Source of the DNA: Leptospira sp.
Lineage (GTDB): Bacteria; Spirochaetota; Leptospiria; Leptospirales; Leptospiraceae
Direction: 5' to 3'
Length of the DNA: 64,000 bases
NCBI GenBank assembly: GCA_034439575.1
Contig: JAWXAQ010000008.1
Span: forward strand, 256,001-320,000
Both the position numbers and the translations under genes were made by a program. Below are positions 20,203-29,822 of this stretch, piece after piece; position 1 is the first letter of the stretch, and every line of letters begins with the position of its first letter. The notes under the pieces were generated by a model. It was not told the DNA's origin. It ran no database searches and saw nothing but the letters and a program-made list of their open reading frames with translations.

Positions 20203-21078
20203 ATGAAAAGAAAAGTAGGGCTTTTTTTGGCCTTGGTTTTTATTTCCCTTTCTTGTGAACAAATTACCAACTTAACCAAATCTCGTTATCAAAAAAATAA
20301 TCTAAACAAACCACCGAAAGAATCAGAATTAACGCATTGGGCTGAAAAACTGGCCTTAGAAGAAGCAGAAATTGAAGAAATGGATCAGAAAATCCGTAAA
20401 ATGGTCCAAAAGTCAAACCAAGCGGGAGCACTTGCCTGGAAAATCGCGCGAGGCTATATGCGTTCTGGTTCGTTTGAAATTAGCTCTCGTTATTACCAAG
20501 AGGCGATAGGCGAGGAGATGAAAAAACAAGAATACGAGCTTCATAATTTCGAATCGGCTCTACCTTATTTTGAAAAAGCTATGGCGAATGGGAAACTCGA
20601 TAAACAATTGTTATATGAGTCGGCTCTCGCTTTTGCGAATGCATCGAAAGATATGGGATGGGAACCGGAACGACGAAAAAAGGCGATTTCACTTTTCAAA
20701 CAACTTGCGCGACTTGATAATAAAGATACTCGTTTTCCCTTTCAATTGGCTTTGATATATTTTGATTCTTCCTTGAAAGGCGAAGCTTGGGGTGGCAAGG
20801 TAAATGCGGGTTATGATGAATTGAACGATGCATTTATTCTCTTGGATCAGATTTTAAAAATAGAACCTTATAATGTGCCAGCAAGATTTGCTCGGGCAAA
20901 TTTTTTATATCAGATTGGTAAGGGCAATTCCTCCATCAATGAATACATTCGTATCAAAGGGATATTGGAAGAGATGAAGGCAAATGGGGCGATCAAAGAA
21001 TCATTAGAAGAAAATTCATCCTACCAAAATGCAATTAAAAATTTAAATAAGTTACGGAACCAAACTACAGAACCTTAA
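20203..21078 (+). CDS. TPR-containing lipoprotein
   Basis: Lipobox SLSC; helical TPR-like repeats (A..YFEKA, A..LF..L..LD..D.R..FQLALIY, EP.NVPARFARAN..YQ.G). Confidence 0.75.
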   Translation: MKRKVGLFLALVFISLSCEQITNLTKSRYQKNNLNKPPKESELTHWAEKLALEEAEIEEMDQKIRKMVQKSNQAGALAWKIARGYMRSGSFEISSRYYQEAIGEEMKKQEYELHNFESALPYFEKAMANGKLDKQLLYESALAFANASKDMGWEPERRKKAISLFKQLARLDNKDTRFPFQLALIYFDSSLKGEAWGGKVNAGYDELNDAFILLDQILKIEPYNVPARFARANFLYQIGKGNSSINEYIRIKGILEEMKANGAIKESLEENSSYQNAIKNLNKLRNQTTEP

Positions 21079-21087
21079 ACCTTTCTT

Positions 21088-22056
21088 TTGGTGTATCCAA
21101 GAGAATATTTTTCTCATCCGAGGATTGCTTCTTTTTGCCATAGAACAAATATTTGGCGAAATGTGAGCTCTATAAATGAATTAAGTAAACTTTTGATTCA
21201 ACTCATTGACAGGAAAGAAAAGAAACGATTTGAATCTGAATGTTTGATTTTGAATAAAAATCCACTTCCAGAAATGGTGGATATTTATTCAGAAGACTAT
21301 CCCGAACAATTACGTGAAATTTACGATCCACCGCTAGTTCTTAGTTATTTGGGAAATATCAAATTATTAAAAAAAAAATTGCTCGGTGTCGTAGGGACAA
21401 GAAAAGCATCGAAAATATCCCTTCTTGGAACACGTTTATTAATTCAAAAAATTAAGGATTTTGATCCTGATATCGGCATTGTTTCAGGAATGGCGCTGGG
21501 AATTGATAGAGAAGCTTTTACGGAAGCTATGAAATTGGATCTGTCTGTGGTTGGCCTACTTGGGACAAGTGTGACAGAGGAATACCCTCCTGGGAATCGT
21601 GATCTGTACCTGCGGATGAAGGCATCAAATAATGCTTTGTTTCTATCGGAATATATTCTTCCGACGACGCCTGCTCGTTGGACCTTTCCGAAACGCAATC
21701 GTTTGATATCTGGTCTTTCATCTGACATATACATTATGGAATCTGGAAAAAAATCTGGAACTCTCTCTACTGCAATGAGCGCCCTTTCTCAAAATCGAGA
21801 TATCCATGTATTCAATCATCCGTTGCAATTGGATAATGAAGGTGGAAAAAGTTTGCTCCGTGATGGTGCGGAAGAACTTAAGTTTGAATTTATTTCACAT
21901 AACAAAGGTTTTTTGGAAAAACCAGAATTCTATTCATCTCGAAAAATTTATAATGATGTAGAGTGGAAAGAGGCGCGGTTTAAAGAAATCCTTTATCAAA
22001 GATCGGGAAATAAAACGCCCCTAGGACAGGGCGTTTATTGGGTGGCTACTCCTTAA
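21088..22056 (+). CDS. dprA: DNA-processing protein DprA/Smf
   Basis: YPEQLREIYDPPLVL.Y.GN, GVVGTRKAS, IVSGMALGID, YP..N, FPKRNRLISGLS, ES..KSGTL.TA. Confidence 0.92.
   Translation: MVYPREYFSHPRIASFCHRTNIWRNVSSINELSKLLIQLIDRKEKKRFESECLILNKNPLPEMVDIYSEDYPEQLREIYDPPLVLSYLGNIKLLKKKLLGVVGTRKASKISLLGTRLLIQKIKDFDPDIGIVSGMALGIDREAFTEAMKLDLSVVGLLGTSVTEEYPPGNRDLYLRMKASNNALFLSEYILPTTPARWTFPKRNRLISGLSSDIYIMESGKKSGTLSTAMSALSQNRDIHVFNHPLQLDNEGGKSLLRDGAEELKFEFISHNKGFLEKPEFYSSRKIYNDVEWKEARFKEILYQRSGNKTPLGQGVYWVATP
22009..22039 (-). terminator. Terminator hairpin for the antiporter gene, embedded in the dprA 3' end
   Basis: AAACGCCC-ctaggaca-GGGCGTTT stem; on the minus strand it is followed by a T-rich tract and lies just past the antiporter stop at 22046. 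Confidence 0.55.
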
Positions 22057-23080
22057 AGAAATAACCAGCGGCTGTAGCGATCACATAAATGACTAATAGT
22101 AGAATCCCGATAGGTCTTTTGATTGTATCTTTGGAAAAAAAGATTCCAGCACGAAACACGAGTAAAACGAGTATCATCGCAGGAAAATAGAATTGGAAGA
22201 AATTTTTTGGAGCAAAAAGTCCTGAGGTAGTGACCGCCGCCGCCGCGCCTGAAACAAAAAGTACATTTAATATATCAGCACCGATGATATTACCTATGGC
22301 AAGTTCGGAGTGTCCTCTTCTGGATGCTTGAACGGCCGTTACAAGCTCAGGAAGAGATGTTCCAAAAGCTACGAGTGTTGCCCCAATGATTGAGTCAGGA
22401 ATATAAAGAATGCGTGCCGTAATTTCTACAGCGGGAATTAAAACTTGGGAAGATAAAATGACGATAGCTATCGCGATTACTAATTTAACGATAATGATCG
22501 CAAGGGATGAGTTATCAATTTCGGTTGTATCGTCAATGCCTGCCTCTGTATCTCCTGGTTTTGTTCGTGACCAACGGATACTTAAGTAAATGTACAAACC
22601 TAATAAAAATAAAAAGAATATTCCCGTGCCTTGTGTGATCCTTCCGCCATCTTTGAAAGCGGAACCAAAATCCAACCAAGGTGTTGCGGCAAATACCAAA
22701 AGGAAACCAGCACCGACTTGGATCCAACCTTGACGATTCACCAACCTTTTATCAATGCTAGGTGGTGAAATCAAAATGGCGATACCCAAAATCAATCCCG
22801 TATCACAGATGATAGAACCTACAGCGTTTCCGAGGGCAATCCCAGGATTTCCTTCCAATGCGGAAATGACAGAAACCGAAACTTCAGGCAAGGTTGTCCC
22901 AAGGCTGACAAGTGTCGCACCGATGATCATTTTAGGAACGCCCCATCGCAAAGAAAGGGAAACTGCTTCGTCCACAAGGACATCAGCGGCTTTGCCCAAA
23001 CAAAGAATGGACGCAATGATCACAAGGATCAGAAGTGGGAGAGGAAATGCTTGAAAGCTATTATGTAAAAATTCATCCAT
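22046..23080 (-). CDS. Calcium/sodium (CaCA, YrbG-like) antiporter
   Basis: Two alpha repeats: GATLVSLGTTLPE...GNAVGS and GATLVAFGTSLPEL...GNIIGADILN. Confidence 0.93.
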   Translation of the reverse strand: MDEFLHNSFQAFPLPLLILVIIASILCLGKAADVLVDEAVSLSLRWGVPKMIIGATLVSLGTTLPEVSVSVISALEGNPGIALGNAVGSIICDTGLILGIAILISPPSIDKRLVNRQGWIQVGAGFLLVFAATPWLDFGSAFKDGGRITQGTGIFFLFLLGLYIYLSIRWSRTKPGDTEAGIDDTTEIDNSSLAIIIVKLVIAIAIVILSSQVLIPAVEITARILYIPDSIIGATLVAFGTSLPELVTAVQASRRGHSELAIGNIIGADILNVLFVSGAAAAVTTSGLFAPKNFFQFYFPAMILVLLVFRAGIFFSKDTIKRPIGILLLVIYVIATAAGYFFKE

Positions 23081-23720
23081 GGATAAACGCCAATCTATGA
23101 TCTACCCAATTCATTATCGAGTCTTTCTTATTCTCTTCACTCTTTCTCTACCTACATTTTTATATGCGGATCCCAAATTGCCAAAGGATCCGACCCTTCC
23201 GCAAATGCCTGTAGAAGAAAAAAAAGACGAACGAGACGCTAGAGGTGAGATAAGAGAAAAACGAACCAATGTGCAAACTCTTACGTTATGTGATGGCAGA
23301 ACCATTCGCGGGGAAGGGGAAGTTTTAGGAGAAGGTTTTACCCTCGTTCATACCAAAGATGGAATCGAATACCGCAAAAAATTGAAATGGGAGGAAATCG
23401 AATCCATTAAAATAGATAGCTGGGAATTGAAACAAAAGAAGGAAGAAAAAAAAGGAATTTCGTTTGAAGCATTCCCCAAAAAAGTCCGGATCAGAACCAG
23501 AAATGGGGAAGTCTTTTACAAGGATACTGGCCTTGCCGATTTAAAATTATTAAATTTATCCATCAAAAATAATAACGGAAGTGCAAATGTATTTTCCTAT
23601 TGGATTGATTTACGTTATACGAACGGATCTTGGTTTTCTGGACTTCCGCAAATGAAAGGCGAATCCTTAGTACGTGAGGATTGTTTTAAAGATGTAGTGC
23701 GAATGATAGAATGGGAATGA
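23079..23720 (+). CDS. Hypothetical exported protein
   Basis: 213 aa ORF with a signal-peptide-like N-terminus (start may be ATG 23097); no family recognised. Confidence 0.65.
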   Translation: MDKRQSMIYPIHYRVFLILFTLSLPTFLYADPKLPKDPTLPQMPVEEKKDERDARGEIREKRTNVQTLTLCDGRTIRGEGEVLGEGFTLVHTKDGIEYRKKLKWEEIESIKIDSWELKQKKEEKKGISFEAFPKKVRIRTRNGEVFYKDTGLADLKLLNLSIKNNNGSANVFSYWIDLRYTNGSWFSGLPQMKGESLVREDCFKDVVRMIEWE

Positions 23721-23802
23721 TGGATATGCGAATTGATTTCAATTTGAGGGTTTTCTCATATATAATTTAGCTTGACTATATCCAAAAAAAGGCGGACATT
23801 TA

Positions 23803-24972
23803 TTGGGTATGTTCAAGAGGATATTGAAACCGAGTTTGACTAGGAGTTTTTTTCTTTTTGGTCCTCGATCAACGGGTAAATCAACTCTATTGAATGAGAT
23901 GCTTCCCGAATCCGCCGCGCTTTGGATTGATTTACTTGATCCTGACACAGAACGCGAATTGGCAAAATCACCGTCCCGACTAGCGACTATATTAGAAGGT
24001 GAATTGGCTTCAAATCGCAAACGAAAATGGGTTGTCATTGACGAAGTTCAAAAAGTACCTGAACTACTAACAGTTGTTCATAAATACATTCAAAAATCAA
24101 AATTCTTTTTTGCACTTACTGGTTCCAGCGCTAGAAAATTAAAAAGAAATAATGCTGATCTTCTTGGTGGGAGGGCTTCTTGGTTTGAACTGTCTTCACT
24201 AAGTCACATTGAACTTGGAAAAAAATTTGATCTAAATCTCGTGTTACAATGGGGTAGTTTACCCGAAATATTTGAATTATCAGATGAGGACCGTTATAGA
24301 TTTTTAAAAGCATATGCTAACATCTATCTGAAAGAGGAAATTGTAGCAGAGCAATTGGTAAGAAAAGTTCAGCCTTTTCGAAACTTCCTTGAGTTAGTCG
24401 CTCTGCAGAATGCGCAGATCATTAACTATTCTAAATTCGCGAACGATTGTGGTGTTGATATAACAACGATTCAGTCCTACTTTGAGATTTTGATTGATAC
24501 TCTCATTGGATTCGAGCTACAGCCTTTTCGTTTATCGATTCGAAAGAGACAAAGAACAAATCCCAAATTTTATTTTTTTGACAATGGTGTAACACGCGCT
24601 TTATCCAATTCACTTGAAATCCCAATCCATCCAAAAACCTCTGAATATGGAAAGCAGTTTGAGCAATATATTATAACTGAAATTATTCGACTCGCAAAAG
24701 CGTATGATAAAAATTGGAAGTTTTCCTACCTATCCACTAAGGAAGGAAACGAGATTGATTTAATCATTGAGAAGTCTCCCAAAAATATATGTGCGATCGA
24801 AATCAAGTCCAACTCAATCGTTGAAGAAATTAAAGTGCGAACTTTTGAGCGTTTAGCAAGTGATATCCCAAATGTTGAATTATTGTTCATTTCTCAAGAT
24901 AAAAGTAATCTGAAGATTGGGGATGTGCACTGTCTTTATTGGCGAGATGCAATGTTAAAGATTTTTGATTAA
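23803..24972 (+). CDS. AAA_14 + DUF4143 ATP-binding protein with C-terminal PD-(D/E)xK-like motif
   Basis: Walker A GPRSTGKST, Walker B VVIDEVQK, LTGSS, LLGGRA, PKFYFFDNG, G..FE, EIDLIIE...AIEIKS. Confidence 0.9.
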   Translation: MGMFKRILKPSLTRSFFLFGPRSTGKSTLLNEMLPESAALWIDLLDPDTERELAKSPSRLATILEGELASNRKRKWVVIDEVQKVPELLTVVHKYIQKSKFFFALTGSSARKLKRNNADLLGGRASWFELSSLSHIELGKKFDLNLVLQWGSLPEIFELSDEDRYRFLKAYANIYLKEEIVAEQLVRKVQPFRNFLELVALQNAQIINYSKFANDCGVDITTIQSYFEILIDTLIGFELQPFRLSIRKRQRTNPKFYFFDNGVTRALSNSLEIPIHPKTSEYGKQFEQYIITEIIRLAKAYDKNWKFSYLSTKEGNEIDLIIEKSPKNICAIEIKSNSIVEEIKVRTFERLASDIPNVELLFISQDKSNLKIGDVHCLYWRDAMLKIFD

Positions 24973-24988
24973 ACTATTTATTAAAAAT

Positions 24989-27313
24989 CTAGATTCGTTT
25001 TTTCGGTAGATATTTATAATATTCCATTTCTACTGTATTGATAAGAAACGTGTAATACTTGACGAGTTTTTTATCAAATTTCTTTTTATTCATTTCTTCT
25101 CGGTAGAAGTCTGCGAGTTGTCCACGAAATAAGGCCGCTTTTAAATCAGTGCGATTGATAAGTATTGTGGAAGGCATGTCTTTCACTGCAACATCATCGG
25201 GAATCTGAATCGTTGCAACTGATTGTAAGACTGCATATTCAACTGTTGATGCAACTTTGTCGTCATTTTGCTCTTTAGCGAGAGTTAGGTTGTTTCTTTT
25301 AATATTATCTAAATTTTCATAAATTCGAGATCGTAAGGACTTGGGATCCAATACTTTATCTGTGATTTTGTTGAACCTTTTGGGAAAAACAAAATTGTCT
25401 GCCGCACGATAGATATTGGCAATTTTTTCTTCCTTTTGGCTACTAGTTCCTTCTTCACTTGTACCAGATGACGATGAAACGGCAGGCGAAGAAGAACTTG
25501 GTTTCCCCCAATCTCCTACATTGCCAAATTTACCTGAGTTTTTAATATCTTCTCTTATTTCTTCTGTTGTTTTTTCTCGGAAAAATAAAGCGGCCATAAA
25601 TCCAGCAACAACAGAAAAAGGGACTCCAAAAAAGAGAGGCACCGCTGAACGAAGATAATACGCCGCTGTTATAAATATCATCGTTCCCACAATAAAAGTC
25701 AATATTCCAGCTGGGACATTGAATTTGCTGCTAATATCAGCGGACTTGGCTCGTTCTGCTTCTTGCAGTTCTAATTCCCGAACGCCAGCATTCATTTTGG
25801 CAATGGCATCTGGCCTTAGTTTGTTATTTAGTTCTGGGTGTTTGGGATTGGAAAGACGATGGTTGATTGATTTTGCGTAATCCAATTGTTTTTGTAACTC
25901 GGGGTTACCCTTACCTTCAAAAGCAAGTTTGTGAATCACTGCCGCCATATAACCATGATCTAAAACATAATATACTGATTTACCATTGGATTGTTTTTCT
26001 TCGTAATATGAAAATTCAGAAAAAACATCGTCTTTCAAACGTTTGATGTATTCATTTGCCTTTTCTTCGGAAGTGATGCCAGCACTAGCTACTTCGTCTT
26101 CAAAATTAATCCGAAGTAGTGTATGATTGTTTTTTGTGAATTCAGGGATTTTTGTCATTACTGTTTTTTGAACAGTTGTATATATATTATCGTCTTTTCT
26201 GTGTAAGACGGAACCTTTCTCTTCACACAATCGTTTGAGTATTTTTATGCTGGTATCAACTGTCTCTCGAATCAATTGCGCTTGGTTACCTTTTTGCGAA
26301 GAGAATGGATAACTTTCAACAAGTGATAAAAACTTTTTTACTTGTTCCTCTGGATTCATTTTTTCATCCACAGAGGCAAATTTTTCTTCTTGGAAATAGG
26401 AATTCATTTTTTCTACAAAAGCATCATACTTTGCTTCTTTTGCGATTCGTAATAAATGATCCTTTGTGAAATTTTCAAGAGAATCCAAGTGAGCTAGAAT
26501 TTGATTTACTACTTCGGGAAGTTTTTTAAATTTTCCGTCAGGATGAATGTCTAATTCGTCAATAACTATATGATAATCACTTAATATAGATAAGGCGAGG
26601 CCTTGTTCTTTGGCAAAATTAACAAAATCAATTAAAAAGTCAGTCATAGGAATATAGGGGACTGAGCCAAATCCTTTGCGGACCAAAGAGGAAACTTCAG
26701 ATTCGAGACTGCCTAACTTTGGATACAGCCAAGGTTGACCTTCTTTGTTGTTTTGGATGAGTAAACTTCCTGGATTTTGTTCATCCCAATTTCTGCCTTT
26801 CTTTGACCTATTGTCCAAAAGCACTTTGATGAGCTCTTGGGAATAACGAAAACAAGCTTGTCTATAGGGAATGGTATCGGTTTTGTTTTCTTTTTGTGGT
26901 GCCACTAAAGCGATTTTACTCGCGATTTTGTTTCCGTTTTTTATTAGATATGGATACGCATAAATTACTCTATTGGCGCCTCTATGATCAAGGTCGAGTA
27001 ATAGACGTAAGGCGTGATGAATCGCACTTTCACTTTTACCTTGTCCACCAAGGTTATTGTATTTCCCGAGAGCTTCTGGAACTTTATCGAGTGTTAGTAA
27101 ATAGGAAGGATGAATTTCTTTACTTCCGTGTTTTTCGACACGTTTATGCCAATCTTTCAATTCATCTAAAATACAACGGGCAGTAGGTGTCAAACTACCT
27201 ATTGCATCAGAGAGCTGGATATAAGATTGTGAGGTAGGTGCTTGAACATCGGCAGGCGAAGGGGGTTCTTCACTCTTTCCAATATTGATGTCTAATGTAT
27301 CCGAATCGTTCAT
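24989..27313 (-). CDS. Large hypothetical membrane protein with a two-TM hairpin
   Basis: 774 aa ORF with two hydrophobic segments near aa 535-580 and a Ser-rich linker; no family recognised. Confidence 0.75.
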   Translation of the reverse strand: MNDSDTLDINIGKSEEPPSPADVQAPTSQSYIQLSDAIGSLTPTARCILDELKDWHKRVEKHGSKEIHPSYLLTLDKVPEALGKYNNLGGQGKSESAIHHALRLLLDLDHRGANRVIYAYPYLIKNGNKIASKIALVAPQKENKTDTIPYRQACFRYSQELIKVLLDNRSKKGRNWDEQNPGSLLIQNNKEGQPWLYPKLGSLESEVSSLVRKGFGSVPYIPMTDFLIDFVNFAKEQGLALSILSDYHIVIDELDIHPDGKFKKLPEVVNQILAHLDSLENFTKDHLLRIAKEAKYDAFVEKMNSYFQEEKFASVDEKMNPEEQVKKFLSLVESYPFSSQKGNQAQLIRETVDTSIKILKRLCEEKGSVLHRKDDNIYTTVQKTVMTKIPEFTKNNHTLLRINFEDEVASAGITSEEKANEYIKRLKDDVFSEFSYYEEKQSNGKSVYYVLDHGYMAAVIHKLAFEGKGNPELQKQLDYAKSINHRLSNPKHPELNNKLRPDAIAKMNAGVRELELQEAERAKSADISSKFNVPAGILTFIVGTMIFITAAYYLRSAVPLFFGVPFSVVAGFMAALFFREKTTEEIREDIKNSGKFGNVGDWGKPSSSSPAVSSSSGTSEEGTSSQKEEKIANIYRAADNFVFPKRFNKITDKVLDPKSLRSRIYENLDNIKRNNLTLAKEQNDDKVASTVEYAVLQSVATIQIPDDVAVKDMPSTILINRTDLKAALFRGQLADFYREEMNKKKFDKKLVKYYTFLINTVEMEYYKYLPKKRI

Positions 27314-27316
27314 ATT

Positions 27317-28597
27317 TTACGCACAGTTGTGGGAGACTAATTGGGCTATAATTTTTGCCCCACGAGCTATTTCTTGTTTAGCGCGACAATATGTCAAACG
27401 TATGCATTTTTCCTTGTGGGAAAATGTTTCTGTCAGCCCTGGAAAAAAATAATGTCCTGAAACAATATACACCTGTTTCTCTTTGCAAAGTTCATATAAG
27501 TCCCTGTTCTGTATTTTTAAGTCGGGAAAATGAATCCAAAGAAAAAATCCGCCGTCTGGTAAGTGAATAGAGTAGCGAATTTTATGATTCTGAAAGATTT
27601 CTTCCAAAATCATTAGCGCATCTTTGAGTTTTTCTTCGTAGTACGGTCGTAATATGTTATTCGAAAGTTGGACTAATGTATCGTCTTCCCAAAATATTTT
27701 TGCCATTTGAGCACCAAGGTTTCCAGAACTCAAATTGTTTGTGGCACCAAATGAAGATAACAGACTGATCACTTCTTCATTCGCTACAACAATTCCAAAA
27801 CGAACTCCTGGCAGTCCAATTTTCGAAAAACTCAAAGACAGTATCATTCCATCACTATAAGTTATGGGTTTTTTATTGCCGATTAAGTTGGGGAAAGGAT
27901 TACCATAGGCGAGATCAACGAGAAGGGGAATTTTTGTTTGTTTGGATTTTTGGTAAAGGAATTGCAATTCGTCTAAGGTGATTACATTCCCCGTAGGATT
28001 TGTGGGCCTAGAAATTGTAATTATTCCTACGTTTGAAAGATCTATATTGTTACGATCTATTTTGTATTTAAATCTATTTTCAGAGATATTTTCTATCAGT
28101 GGTAAATGTGATTGAAAAACATCTTCATCGATTGTTTGGTCCGCATAACCAATATATTCTGGAACAATTGGCAAACAAATTTTTTTAAAACTTCCATCAG
28201 ACATTCTACCAGAAAAAGCATTCAATAAAAATGAAAATGCGTTTTGACTCCCATTGAAGAATCCTATATTTTTTGCGTTTAGATTTGCGCCAAACTTTGG
28301 GCCAAGGTATTCTGCCGTTTTGTTTAGGATATCTTCATTGCCAATGGGTCCAGAATAGTCACCAAACATAGTATCAACGGTATCTCTATTTGAAACAATT
28401 TTTTGTAGAGTTTGATAGAAGATATCTTCTGCCTCTTTGATTTTGGCTGGATTGCCCCCGCCCAAAAAAGATATTTCAGATCCTTGCTCCGAGAGGGCAT
28501 CGCTCAAATCTGCCATCAAACTTTGGATGCCGTTATTTTGTGAAATTTTAGCGGAAAGGCGAGATAGGAGCATAATTTCTGCCAGTTTTCTGGTCAA
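27317..28597 (-). CDS. avtA: Valine--pyruvate transaminase (class I PLP aminotransferase)
   Basis: GIQSLMADL, LGGGNPA, NGSQNAF..L.N.F.G, P..PEYIGYAD, SRPTNPTGNV, DLAYG.PFP, SFSKIGLPG.RFG. Confidence 0.92.
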   Translation of the reverse strand: MTRKLAEIMLLSRLSAKISQNNGIQSLMADLSDALSEQGSEISFLGGGNPAKIKEAEDIFYQTLQKIVSNRDTVDTMFGDYSGPIGNEDILNKTAEYLGPKFGANLNAKNIGFFNGSQNAFSFLLNAFSGRMSDGSFKKICLPIVPEYIGYADQTIDEDVFQSHLPLIENISENRFKYKIDRNNIDLSNVGIITISRPTNPTGNVITLDELQFLYQKSKQTKIPLLVDLAYGNPFPNLIGNKKPITYSDGMILSLSFSKIGLPGVRFGIVVANEEVISLLSSFGATNNLSSGNLGAQMAKIFWEDDTLVQLSNNILRPYYEEKLKDALMILEEIFQNHKIRYSIHLPDGGFFLWIHFPDLKIQNRDLYELCKEKQVYIVSGHYFFPGLTETFSHKEKCIRLTYCRAKQEIARGAKIIAQLVSHNCA

Positions 28598-28727
28598 ATT
28601 CTCATTCAGAATTCATTTTTTGCCGTTTTTCTACTAAATTTAAAAATTATGTTCGCATAAATGAAAAAGGAAGTGACATAATTCGGTATTGCCTATGTAA
28701 AGAGACATAATAAAGGATACCTGTTGG

Positions 28728-29822
28728 ATGAGCACGGAAACATTACAAAGACCGTTAAAAAAACAAAAAGAAATCGAATTCCATAAACCCACTCTTTCGA
28801 GAGAGGATTTAAAAGGCGTTTTAGAATGCCTTGTGGACGAACATTTATCGAGTGGCGAGATCGTTGAGAGATTTGAAAAATCTTTCTGTCATACGTTTAA
28901 ATTTAAACAATCCATTTCAACCAATTCACTAACTTCCGCATACCATTTAGGTTTGCTTGGACTTGGTGTGCAATCTGGTGATCATGTAATACTTTCTAGT
29001 TTTGCACCCATTGCTGCATTGGATGCAATTTTTCTATTGAGAGCAAAACCGGTATTAGTTGATTTGGGCAAAAACTCATTTCATCCAGACATTGAATCGT
29101 TTAATAAAAAAAGAAATGAAACGCAAGCCAAGGTTGCCATTTTTGATCATACATTTGGATCTCTTATTAATATAGCAAAATATGAATTAGGTGAAACGAA
29201 GGTAATCGAAGATTATTCAGAGGCAATTGGTGCTGTATCGGAAGTGATTCCTGTAAGTAGACAAAGTAATCTTTCTATTTGTGGCCTAAATGCTGAAAAT
29301 ATGATTACAACTGGGAATGGTGCGATGATCACAACCAGTGATACAAATTTAGCACAGGTCATTCGTTCTTTAAAATCTGGTGTTTCCTCTAAACGAACCT
29401 TAGGTGAACCAAAGTTTGACTATAGTTTGGTGGATTACCAAGCAGCATTGGGGATTGAGCAACTCTCAAAACTCGGTGTCATATTAGAACGCCAGAAAAA
29501 AATTGCCCTTGCTTACATGCAAGCGGTTCAAAATTCGAGGCTAGAAACTTATTTTTCAAACCCAACGGAAGATACCTTTCATAGATTTCCGATCATAATA
29601 TCTAACCAAGGTTATGAGGAAGTACAAAGGTATTTTAAATCCATTCATATTGGAACCAAAAGGACCATAGAAGAACCATTGCATTCTGTATTGGAAGAAA
29701 ATAAACAAGACTACCCGAATGCAGAAAGATTGTTCCAACGTGGGCATTGTATACCTGTCTATCCGAATCTAACAAAAGATAATGTCCAAAGGATTGCAAC
29801 AGCGATTAGACGCATTTATTAA
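28728..29822 (+). CDS. DegT/DnrJ/EryC1/StrS-fold protein lacking the canonical PLP lysine
   Basis: Overall DegT pattern (G..VERFE..F, NS.TSA.HL.L..LGV..GD.V, VIED.SEAIG, QAALG..QL, PVYP.L). The SFxxxKxITxGEGG motif reads GLNAENMITTGNGA. Confidence 0.85.
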   Translation: MSTETLQRPLKKQKEIEFHKPTLSREDLKGVLECLVDEHLSSGEIVERFEKSFCHTFKFKQSISTNSLTSAYHLGLLGLGVQSGDHVILSSFAPIAALDAIFLLRAKPVLVDLGKNSFHPDIESFNKKRNETQAKVAIFDHTFGSLINIAKYELGETKVIEDYSEAIGAVSEVIPVSRQSNLSICGLNAENMITTGNGAMITTSDTNLAQVIRSLKSGVSSKRTLGEPKFDYSLVDYQAALGIEQLSKLGVILERQKKIALAYMQAVQNSRLETYFSNPTEDTFHRFPIIISNQGYEEVQRYFKSIHIGTKRTIEEPLHSVLEENKQDYPNAERLFQRGHCIPVYPNLTKDNVQRIATAIRRIY

